A stretch of DNA of 64,000 nt from Spizellomyces punctatus DAOM BR117 (Eukaryota), in the NCBI GenBank assembly GCA_000182565.2, contig KQ257464.1. The stretch is one strand, 5' to 3'. Of this stretch, positions 1 to 10,770 are shown piece after piece; position 1 is the first letter of the stretch; each line of letters starts with the position of its first letter. The notes beneath the pieces are model-generated. The model was not told the DNA's origin and ran no database searches. It saw nothing but the letters and a program-made list of their open reading frames with translations. The position numbers were made by a program, and so were the translations under genes.

Positions 1-75
1 ATTCGGTTTGCATTTACAGATGATGTTGCAGATGTGTAATTTTTTTTTTTTTTTTTTTCTTAGAGTAAGAAAACA

Positions 76-624
76 ATGGAAGAGCAAAATCAAAATCATC
101 AAGAATCAAGTGCCATTCCACAAGAGAATGTAGAAACACCCGCTGAACAAGCACCTGTTCAAAAAGCAGAAATTATACCAGAACAGCCTCCAAAGCAAAA
201 GGTGAAGCAACCGATGACAGAAAAACAACGGGCAGCATTGGAGAAGGCGCAAAAAGCACGTGCTGAACAATTGCGTCTAATGCAAGCAAAACGTGAAGAG
301 GAAAGGAAAGAGCAAGAGAAGCAGCGTAAAATCGATGAGGCCAAATGCATCCTTGAAGAGGAGAAGGAACAGAAGTGATTGGCAAGGGAAGAACGACGAA
401 ATGCGAAGCGAGGAAAGAAGGCAACACCAACACCAACACCAACAACAAGTAGGAGCAAGAGAGCCAAACCAGCAGCAAAGGCGCAGCCAGCAGCAATACG
501 CCCATCTAAAAAAAAGAGTGTAATTTTGAAATTCGGTGATGATGAACCATTCTTTGACTCTAGATCACCGTTCTTTGAGGAGGACAATGTTGAGGAGGAC
601 AACTATGGTGGCATTTTCGGCTAA
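76..624 (+). pseudogene. Viral coiled-coil/basic protein with one internal TGA (376-378)
   Basis: ORFs 76..378 and 379..624 share a frame and are separated by a single TGA (probably from CGA). TEKQRAALEKA matches SEKQRAHLEKS in the inner-element ORF at 24475. Confidence 0.65.
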
Positions 625-665
625 AAATCTTCCATTTTTTTTTTCCTGCAACTCAGTAAACAAAC

Positions 666-1919
666 ATGTCAGAAGAAGTTGCAGTACCATGTAACTGGCT
701 GTATAGAACAGGAAGTTTTGCCAAAAGTTACTCAGATCCCCGTGGGGAGGGGGTGTCAATCTATTCTCCGATAGGTCAAAGTACATATACAACAAAGTCA
801 AGAAACCTGACTCTGATTAAGATCACTTGCGACTCAAATTCGGTCTCTTTCATTTTGCAGAAACTAATTCTGTCAATGGATGTTTCTGCATACGATAATG
901 CAGGGAACCTGATAACTCCTGGTACAGGTGTTAAAAACACATATCTTGGCTTGGAATCCATTATTCAATCATTGACCATCAAAGCAGGGGGAGAAACTGT
1001 TGTCAACATACCAAACTATCCTCTTTATCTAGTACAAACGTACCACAATCTATCTGCCGGTAGTAAGAAATTGTTGAGCCAACTTTCCGGACATGGAAAC
1101 ACCAATATCTTTGCAACATCGAGTACCATCTCCATCAACCATCACCCTTTTGTGGGTTTCTTTCATCCAACAAATGACCAGTTCTTCCCTGTTTGGGCAC
1201 TTCCAAATCAAGCACTCGAAATCATAATCACGCTTGCGGATCCTTCAACCATCTTTACATCGGCTGGAGTTGCAGAGATAAGAGTATCGAATATAAGGAC
1301 TTTGATTTCATATGTGACACCACCACCAAGCAGTGTCATTAACTCCACACATGCTATAAGTGATGGAAAGCCAATATTCTATGATTATGTTAGATCAACA
1401 CAGACCGAGAACGCATGTAGTGGTGGAAACCGGAATACATTCTTGCTTCATATGAGTGGTGTAAGGTCACTTCAAGGGATCGAAATGTCATTTGTGGACG
1501 ATGATGTTCTCAATGACCAGACGAAAGATAAGGCGCTAATGTATTCTTCACAAGGGCTTTGCGAGTGGCGAATTCAACTGGGGGCAAATCTTACCATTCC
1601 AAGTGGAATGCAAGGGTTCAGCCATAGCCCATCTGACAATCAGACTTTGCTTGTTTCACAACTCAGTAACAATAACTTTGACCAACTCGGGGAGATGGAT
1701 ATGTCGTTCGCAGATTATGATTCAAAAGCCTTTTCATTTGGATGGAGTTTTGCCAGCAAGGATGAAGGCAGTCAGGCGGCATTGAGTTTTACAGGGACAG
1801 ACAGTTTATTAAGAGTACATATGCAACATGCTGTTGCGCCTACGCAAAAGGTGCGTATGGTAATGTGTTATCATGAAAATGTAACACTTTCAATCGGAGC
1901 AGTGGTAACAGTTGTATGA
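666..1919 (+). CDS. Major capsid protein (double jelly-roll, PLV type), outer element
   Basis: 417-aa beta-rich ORF. ESIIQSLTIKAGGETVVNIPNY parallels DAVWKRQSVLINGRIIEDLNDY of the 462-aa MCP. Viral gene context. Confidence 0.7.
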   Translation: MSEEVAVPCNWLYRTGSFAKSYSDPRGEGVSIYSPIGQSTYTTKSRNLTLIKITCDSNSVSFILQKLILSMDVSAYDNAGNLITPGTGVKNTYLGLESIIQSLTIKAGGETVVNIPNYPLYLVQTYHNLSAGSKKLLSQLSGHGNTNIFATSSTISINHHPFVGFFHPTNDQFFPVWALPNQALEIIITLADPSTIFTSAGVAEIRVSNIRTLISYVTPPPSSVINSTHAISDGKPIFYDYVRSTQTENACSGGNRNTFLLHMSGVRSLQGIEMSFVDDDVLNDQTKDKALMYSSQGLCEWRIQLGANLTIPSGMQGFSHSPSDNQTLLVSQLSNNNFDQLGEMDMSFADYDSKAFSFGWSFASKDEGSQAALSFTGTDSLLRVHMQHAVAPTQKVRMVMCYHENVTLSIGAVVTVV

Positions 1920-2006
1920 TGTAATTCTTTGAATTATTCGATGAACGTACATTTTGTATAAAAGAAAGCTGTTGCTTTTCAAAGAAGAGAAAAAGTGCTT
2001 AGAAAA

Positions 2007-2741
2007 ATGAATCCGCCTGAAATTGTGATTTCAACTGTGGACGGTTTTGATGTATATCCAGAAAGAGGACTTATCATGAACATGAAGAGGGGTGGACTAA
2101 ATAAGACTGGCGAATTCATAGGAGCAAAAAGTCAAGGGTATCTTCATTTTGCATTAAATGGAAAAAACTATCCACTTCACCGATACATCTATGAAACCTA
2201 TCATGGCATAAAACTAAAACCAGATGAGATCATCAACCACATCAATCTCATCACTGATGATAATCAGATTGATAACCTGGAAATCGTCAATCATCAACAA
2301 AATAGCCAGTGGAGAAATAAAAATAAGAATAATTCGAGCAGATTCAAGGGTGTAAGTTGGGATCCGAGTAGGAACAAATGGAAAGCCAGAATAGGATACA
2401 ACACAGAGTTATGGCTTGGATCCTTTAACACAAAGGAGCAAGCGGCTGTGGCTTACAATCGAAAAGCACGTGAATTGAATGAGAAAGAAGGATGCAAGTT
2501 CCTCTTAAACAATGTTGATGAGACAATTGAGATGCCACCAATCCTGCCAGTTAAGGAAACTGTTGGTGTTTCTTGGGATCAAAGCAGGAATAAATGGTCA
2601 GCAAGAATTGGGTATAATAAAAAAGATATTCACTTGGGACGATTTAAAGAGAAAAGAGATGCGCTTCTTGCTTATAATGCGAAGGCACGCGAATTGAATG
2701 AAAAAGAGGGCTGTTCATACAAACTCAATAATGTAGAGTGA
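2007..2741 (+). CDS. HNH endonuclease with two AP2-like DNA-binding domains
   Basis: LHRYI...INHIN...DNQIDNLE...N HNH motif followed by two GVSWDxSRNKWxARI...AYNxKAREL repeats. Confidence 0.85.
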   Translation: MNPPEIVISTVDGFDVYPERGLIMNMKRGGLNKTGEFIGAKSQGYLHFALNGKNYPLHRYIYETYHGIKLKPDEIINHINLITDDNQIDNLEIVNHQQNSQWRNKNKNNSSRFKGVSWDPSRNKWKARIGYNTELWLGSFNTKEQAAVAYNRKARELNEKEGCKFLLNNVDETIEMPPILPVKETVGVSWDQSRNKWSARIGYNKKDIHLGRFKEKRDALLAYNAKARELNEKEGCSYKLNNVE

Positions 2742-2788
2742 GCCTTGTTTCATGTAAAGCTTAATTCTGTTGAAGCGAACAAATATGT

Positions 2789-3088
2789 TCATTCAATTTT
2801 CCCACCAGTCACTTTTTCAACAAAGTCGTCAGCGTTCTTGTGGAGTTCTTGTAACTTTTTCAAACCAGATTCCCCATGACTAGAAATCTTTTGACTTTTC
2901 TCTCGGACTCCTGCTGAGAAAAGCGGTGACTCTTGTACTTGGCGATTTACGTGCTGCACATGTTTATTCAATGTAGTGGCATGCCGGACTGCTTGATTGG
3001 CAAAGTTCCTTGCTTTTGCTACATAGTTAGGCGCATTATTCCACAGAACATTTGCCTTTGCCTTCGCTTTAGAAAACCAATTAGGCAT
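2789..3088 (-). CDS. Small basic amphipathic viral protein (homolog of 22807..23124)
   Basis: 99-aa ORF with an N-terminal amphipathic helix (WFSKAKAKANVLW). The central segment aligns with the 105-aa ORF of the inner element. Confidence 0.55.
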   Translation of the reverse strand: MPNWFSKAKAKANVLWNNAPNYVAKARNFANQAVRHATTLNKHVQHVNRQVQESPLFSAGVREKSQKISSHGESGLKKLQELHKNADDFVEKVTGGKIE

Positions 3089-3152
3089 CTTGATTTATAG
3101 AACAGAAGAGATATTATTTTTTCAGCTCTACATAGCAAAGGAAAAAACTAGT

Positions 3153-4619
3153 ATGGCATATTACCGAGCCAATTACTTGAGTGATACATATGCTATTTCA
3201 CCACCGATTCCAAATCTGCAAAAACGTCAAGTGGGTGTCACACTAGACTATTCAAAGGTTGATATCCTCGGACGACCACAAGTTGTCTATTTGTGGAACT
3301 GCAATGTCCATGAGAAAGACCTAGCAACAAGGACGAACTATGCAGCACCGAAATATGAACCGAGGCTCTCATCTTCTGATGTTCTGAAATTATCGGCTGC
3401 CCAACGAACTACAAAGGCTTACAAGGACAGTCTTGAATATGTTAAAGCAGAGGAAGATTACAGGAAGAAACAGAAGTATCTTGATTCTATTACACCAAGT
3501 CGTTGAGGGAATGCTCTAACTGTTGGAACACAAAATTCCCTTTCAGGATTACCAATTCCTGATGAATCTGGGCATGTGTTTTCCTATCCCACATCAGTGA
3601 CTTCCCAAATGGGCTTAATGTTTGAAGCACCACCTAATGGAAATGAGATTCCAGCACAGTCATGTAATGTAAATTCTACTCCCCTAGAACCTGTAATTCT
3701 AACAAGGGAGATGGAAATTAGACGAGATGCAGTTGGAAATGACCATGTCAATCATGGGACTGGCGCTGCTGTTCCATTGGATGCGATGACAATGGCCGAT
3801 GCTTATATTCCACTGATTCCAGGCAGTTTCCCTGGCTTGACTCCAGAGGTTCATGTGGAATCTCCTCAAATCGATGCCTCCATGGAAACAATGCCTCGTA
3901 GCACCGCACCAATTCCACATGATACAGTACTCCTGAATGACCGCCATGATCCGTCTGGTGTAGCAGATGTTTTAGAGAGAAACTCCATCAATGAAAAATT
4001 TGTCCCGGTACCTGTGAGAACACCATTTCACTTCAAAGGTAAGGAAGCAACCATATTAGCAGGTTCCAAAAGGAAAGCAAATGCACCCCCGCCAATTCCT
4101 CGATTGAATAAAAAGAAGCAAAAAACAGGAGGAGCAGAGCATGATGTTGTAGATGCGATAACTCCACCAGCAACCCCATCACCTGTTGTGATTTTTGCTG
4201 GAGTTGCTCCTCATGGAACTAAAAGAAGACAGTACAAACAACCAGATGATAAGCAGACCACGGTAAAAAGACAAAGAATAGATTCTTCTATACCCGAACG
4301 AGAGGAAGTAGAGGAAATTAGATTAACATCCCCTGAAGAAGTTGAAAAACATATACGAGCCAAAAATAGGAGAAAAGTCAATTTTGCACCAGCACCTCCG
4401 AATGTTGCTGTCAATCCTCCAATGTTAGTTCCACTAACCGCAGACTTGGGAAGCGAAGTATGTCCTCTCACTCATCTAAGAGGACAACGTGAAGTGGAAT
4501 ATGTTGTCCCTGCACAAACACAATCGACACTGCATGTGGAACCTACGGTTCGAAGTAGAAGAAGAAAAGGTGCAGAGGATGTCACACTTCCACCGAGGAA
4601 GAAACAGAGGATAGCATAA
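3153..4619 (+). pseudogene. Viral hypothetical protein, Pro-rich with NLS-like basic tracts, one internal TGA (3504-3506)
   Basis: ORFs 3090..3506 and 3576..4619 are in one frame with no other stop between them. Confidence 0.55.
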
Positions 4620-4716
4620 GGTTTTATTGCCCCATCTTATCGATAAGATGGGCACCGTTGAGTGCTTCGTCTTTTGCCAAGCTCCTCAAATTTTACTTCC
4701 TAGCTACAATATAACC

Positions 4717-7700
4717 ATGAGTGGAATAAACACTAGGAATGCATCTGGGTTGCGCACCATTGATAGTACAAACCTAGTTCAACCATATGTGACAGGAGAG
4801 ATGACTGGATTTGATGAAGGATCAAAGATAAAGAATTTTTCCGTTGGGGAATTCAAAAAGGTATCAAATGAAAATGGTGAACTCAAAGTCAACGAGGTTG
4901 TAACCACCTCTGAATGCTTATCTTCCAATAACGAAAACAGTGTTGTAAGTATCGAATTACTTTACGACAACGAGAGACTTGAGGTTGATGAGGCGAGTCA
5001 TTTAACCACAATTGACATATCTGCGCATCAACCTCTTGTCTACTCGAAAGAGGATCATGATATCCAACTTCAGTTTGATGATTCATCTTTATCTGTAGAA
5101 GAAGAAAAACTGAAAGTGATTCCCGAAAATTATGAGTTCCCAATGTACCGTGATGGTGAATCACGGACGGTTGGTATTCGAGTGGATGAGTCATTATCCA
5201 TTACTGAAAATGGCCTATCCGTAAACTTTCCACCACCTCCGCCTTTAGAAACACTCAAGAAACCATTGTATCGGGATAATGGCCTTGGAATCAAACTCCA
5301 CAAAAGTCTAAAGGTGAACAATGAAGACGAATTGGAAACTAATACTAGTCAACTGTTCAAGGCCTTTGGGGCAATAAAGACCTCTTCAGGGGCCGACTCC
5401 ATTCTTGATATCGGAAGCAGTTGGCTCGATTTCAGCTTCTCATCTCTAACTGAACTAACAGACGTCTTAGGGGAGGTAGATACGACTGCCATTCGACTCA
5501 TGACCGACACTACTATTTTTAGTCAAGCTGGTTCCAAGTTATCTTTGAAGAGTCCAGGATACAAGCAGATACTGTATGGTAACATGACTTATGGATACAG
5601 TGGGAGTCCTTCATTCACCTACTCTAGTACACTTTCGGAGTTGCAAGTACCGAATGTCAAATTAACTGGGGTATTTCCTGCTATTGGAGGAGGCTCGTAT
5701 GCAGTATCAAAAGATTACATGGCCAGTTATTACACAGGCTCTCAAACTGGGGCTGTCTCGGTGGGACCAGAGTTCAGTGGAAGACGCGAAATCGGTGTGC
5801 TCGTTGACAATCAAACAGTTCGGATTGTAGGAAACCAGTTGACAGGTGGCTACATTTTTCAAGACTTTAATGGAGTGACCATTTGCCCAGGGACTACAAA
5901 TGATATTCAACTTTCCCTTAAGTGTGAGGCTGGCAGTTTTCTTCAAATGGTCAAAGCAGATACCATTAAAGACATACTGACTTGCAGCAATGGTATCGAG
6001 AGAGTACAGAATGACCTTCAATTGAGTCTGAAAACCCAAGGCGCTTTGCAGATGGTCAGGAAAGATACGATAAAGGAAGTATTAATGGCTAGCGAAGGCC
6101 TTGTTTGTGTTGGCAATAACATCCAGTTGAGTTTGATAGCCGAGGAACCCGACCTGACAATAGCCGGAGGAGTTATCACCTGCAACATTACATCGGGTAT
6201 AGGCTTGAAGAAAGTTGCTAACATCCTCTCCACTGACCTCAAGGGCATCAATGGAGTGCAAGTTTCGGGAGATTTGATTTCATGTTCTCTTACAGGAAGC
6301 AATACAGTTCTTCGAGTGGGGGATACTCTGAAAGGCAATTACATCGGCTCGACCAATTCATATGGAAGTGTGGTCGTTGTTGGTAATACCATTCAGTATA
6401 ACATGATTCCGCCACAATTCATAAGTAACAGTCCAAACCTTATAATAACAGGTTCGTACCCACTCTACAACTTTACACTCATTGACCCTACGCCACTATT
6501 GAAACAAAGGGATACCAATAATACTGAACAGACTGATACCACAGAAGTGTTAAAAACGGATGTTCCATCAGGCAACACGGTTATTTTGTCCGGAGCAACT
6601 CCATTATCAACCGTACCTTTTCCAGCGATGGTCTCCCCACCCTTGACAGTCCCTATGGCTGTAAACTCCATCCTCCCAATCGTCTCAACGTTCCCTTGGG
6701 GAATGATTTTCGGAGGGTCATGCAAACATAAGGTTCAACAAGATGCGGAAGGCCAACCTATACTCGATGGTGATGGAAACCCTGTTTACGAACCAATAGA
6801 CCCTGTTACCTTCATGCCACCACTTGAAACCAGGAGCAATGTCGCAATTGCTTCGGACCCGATTGGAGGCTGCACTCGATTACTATTTGATGTACTGAGT
6901 TGCTATTGCACCATCAAATACAAATACCCGCAGCAAGCAATCAATCTCTCAATGTTAAGAGATTACGACACCAAAGTTATCAAACCTTGGGTAGGAAGCC
7001 AGATAATGGCTTTAACTTCGAATAATATTACTTTTGGAAGCAATATCTCGGGTAAAGTAATTACAGGAAGCAGAGTTCAAATGACCGCCTCATCAGCAGG
7101 ACAATCATCTGTCTTTATTTCGAACAGTTTTGATTCAACAAAAAGCACCTGGTTCAGGCTCAATGGAACAGGATTCTTAGGATACAACCCCGGGGCTTCA
7201 ACATGGCTTGGTGCTCAGGATTTACCAATGTTCATATATCCTAGGACATCTAGTATGCCTACTCTAGGTCTAAGAGTGGACACAAATGGTTCGTGTGTTG
7301 TAGGGGGTGACCTTACTATCGGATCATCTTCTGTGAGCAGTCTACATTCACTGGTTGTAACCAACCTTTCTTTAGGAACCAATGCATGCAGCATTCTTTA
7401 TCTTACGGCCTCAGGAGGTTCTGGAGTGATGTTTTTGAATGGTGCCTCGCGAACAGTGGATGGAGGAGCCTCGACAATGACATTAAGGAATGATGCAGGC
7501 AGTCTTAGGCTTCAAGCCCAGTCTGCTAAAGGATTAACAATACAGGCAAACACAGGAATCGTTACATTGGATAGCACAACAGTATCAACATCTTCAACAA
7601 CGGGTGCCTTAGTTTGTCCTGGTGGTGTTGGTATTGCAAAGGACATATTCGTTGGTGGTAATATCTACGCCTCCACCAATATGAAAGTAGCAACGGAAAC

Positions 7701-10015
7701 ATTCGTTACAACAGGATTAGCATCGAAGCAAAACTTATCTCCTTTGCTCGACAATATCAGTAGTCTGACCCCGATTGATGGCACTTTTTTGATGGGTGGA
7801 AATGGTGGTTTTTTCTGGATTGTACCTAAAGATGAAATCCTCAGCGCATATCAGCCCCTGATTACACCTGCGAGTTTGCTTAACCTGAGCGGTTTAACGG
7901 TACAAAATTCAAACACCAATGCTTCAGCAATCACACTAGGAAACACTAGTGCTGCACGGACATGGAATATCCATGTGGCTGGTTCATCGAATGGAAACCT
8001 AATTTCTGGAGCATTAGGCTTTTACTCGTCATACCAAGATAAAGGATACGTATTCCGAATTGACCCATCAGGTAATACGGTCGTGAGTGGAGGCCTAGGA
8101 GTATCAACTGATGCATATATCGGTGGAATGGCTTACATCGGAGGTCTCGAAGTTGCATCTCAAAAATTTGTAATTGATAACACTGCTCCAATAAGTCAAT
8201 CCTTGTCTTCATTGACAATGATGGTAACTAATAACAACAATTCCCCCACTACTGCACTCGCATCGAAGCAGCCTATGAACACTACAACTAATAGCCTGTA
8301 CACAATGACGGTGCAGCCAGACAGTTGGCTTTATTCTTCTGCTGGGACTACGTTCGAGAATGTTACTTCCAGTCAAGTGAAAGGCATCCTTGATATTGCT
8401 ACAAATGCTAGCATGAACACACTTCTTTCTGGGAAACAACCCAGTATCACAACATCAACAAATCTGAGTCTTGCTTCTGTTACTGCAAATGGTTATTTGA
8501 GTGTTCAAAATGGCACCAATCCCACCTTTATGTCACTGGTAAATACTTCATCAAACGTGACTTGGGGTATTCGATTTGCAGGTTCAACAGCCGATGGCTC
8601 TAACCCAGCAGGCGGGTTTGGAATCAACTCTTCATATAACAACATTGGCTATGTGTTCAAGATTTCTAATACCGGTATTACACAGATAACAAATACCTCA
8701 CAATCGACTAGTTCGACTACAGGAGCACTTCTAGTAAGTGGTGGTTTAGGTGTTGCCAAGGACTTGTATGCTGGAGGAAATGTAATTGGTAGCACCTCTG
8801 TGGATGCTCCAAACTGGGTGCAATCTAGAAACATTTCATCTGGCATAAACACATACGCTGCTATTGGTTGTTCCAATGATAGCGGAAATGCAGCCTTACT
8901 TTTTCTCAACTCTTCTACAAGGACTGCTGATGGCTCGTCGAATAACGCTACTCTTCATAACAATTGTGGAGACATGAACATCCAAGGGAAATCTGGTCTA
9001 GGATTAGGTCTGCGGATTGTTTCTATTTCGAACGAAGTTAAGGTGTTGACTGCTACAGACTCCTCGTCTGCAACAACAGGGGCTTTACAGGTATTAGGAG
9101 GTGTAGGAATATCGAAGACTCTGTGGGTTGGTAATAAGGTAACAAGTGGGAAAGGAACAGGGTATGGTTTTGGATGGGGTAGCATAGGTGGAAATGTCAA
9201 TACTGGTGACATGACATTCTTCTCCCCATCTTCGAATGGCCAAGCCTTCTTCAATGATCAGATTAACAATGTCTGTCTGCGGGCATGGAATATGAACCTG
9301 AGATTCGGTGTAACAAATAGTTCATCTCAACTAGATATTCTCTCATCTGGGAATGTCATTGTAAATACAAGCACGGATGCTTCATCATCAATCACAGGTG
9401 CATTCCAAGTAAAGGGAGGTGTTGGAATATTGAAGAATCTCTACTGTGGAGGGAGTCTGTACTCCAATAATCTGAAAGTTGCAACCGAGAGTTACGTAGG
9501 GACAGCCATTGCTTCAAAACAGACATCGAGTCCGCTCCTAGATTCTATCAGTGGACTTGCAATATCAGCGAATTCATTTATTGTTGGAAGTTCTGCTACA
9601 GGGTTCTCCACAAAAACCATTGAAGAGGTGAAGTCAATTCTAGGCATTACGAATGTCGACCTCTCAGGGAAGCAAAATGCCTCTCCTTTACTCTCTACTC
9701 TCACTGCGATGAGTCCAATGTCTAACATGTTTCTTATGGGGGATGATGTAACGGGATTTTCCCTTGTGAATGATATTTCCGTTCGAAGTATTTTAAACAT
9801 TGTTGACTATGGACCCAGCATATCAGCACTGCAAACATCGAAACAAGATTTACTCACACCTACCAGCAATCTGTTGGTAAATACAATTCTTGCTAATGAT
9901 ACATCCGAGGCAACAACCATATCAAGTGGGGCTCTACAGGTTAAAGGAGGAATAGGGGTTTCTAAAAGTATCTTCTCAGGTGGAAACATTACTGGAAAAG
10001 TTCTTATAGCCTCCT
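4717..10015 (+). pseudogene. Giant fibre/spike-like protein of the outer element, 5' part (interrupted by the LTR element)
   Basis: Beta-spiral-like shaft repeats followed by repeated SSTTGALxVxGGxGIxKxLxxGG modules. Highly similar to 25334-31808. The frame breaks exactly at the LTR start. Confidence 0.8.
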
Positions 10016-10615
10016 TGTAACGACGAGGACGTCTTCGAGAGATCGCGAGTAAGCCCAAATCGGACGCGGGAAGCACGAATCGCGTGACCAACTCCACCGA
10101 TTGAGTTACCGCGACCGAAAAAACTGGTTCGGAGAATGGCAATTGGCGCATTAGATTTCAGCGTGCCTCGTACAACCTGTGGAGGCCCGAGCCAGTGCGG
10201 AAAAGGAAGAGATCGGTACCGCCACCAATAAATCAGTTGCGGTGCAGCGACACCCATTAGTTTAGTTTAGTTTAACAGTTTATCCAAGAATCTTGTATAA
10301 AAAGGATGTATTCAATAAAATAAGTTGGGGGCAGAAGCCGTAGTGACACAAAATCCCCATAACTCGCTTCTCAACTCCAATCTTAGGTTAACAGGAACCT
10401 AACAGAGCGCTTCAACGGCCTGATCACCCGTACCGAAGCCTCTAAATCCTGCTCGGTTCACAACTAACCGACTCTCCTTGCCTCTCGCCCCCAAGTCGCT
10501 ACCGACGCCCAAAGAAAGGATTCGGAGACTATGATTCCTAGTACGGCCACCCACATAACCTGCTAGGAGACCCAAGTCATCTTTACCGTAGTCTACCAAC
10601 AAAAAATCCGCTACA
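10016..10615 (+). repeat. 5' LTR of Gypsy-B
   Basis: TGTAAC...GCTACA; direct repeat of 33498-34097 with about 10 differences; contains TATAAAAA and AATAAA. Confidence 0.95.
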
Positions 10616-10630
10616 TGGTGGAGAAGCGCG
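10616..10630 (+). promoter_or_regulatory. Primer-binding site (probably tRNA-Ala)
   Basis: TGGTGGAGAAGCGCG directly after the LTR, complementary to a tRNA 3' end ...UCUCCACCA. Confidence 0.75.
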
Positions 10631-10770
10631 ACGAACCGCCTTCCCCTCTCAAATTCAGCTGAAAACCTTATTCGGTTGTACCGAAACTCTTGCGCAAACC
10701 GAGATCCGCTCAGGTAGCTACTCGGAAACCTTTTCTCTCATTTCGGAGACAGAACTTCACGAAACCGAGA

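Noticed and set aside
4627-4716. TTG-initiated N-terminal extension of the fibre ORF (similarly 1995, 3090, 10690, 24442, 44858)
   Set aside because: Eukaryotic context; the downstream ATGs with A-rich leaders are more plausible starts.
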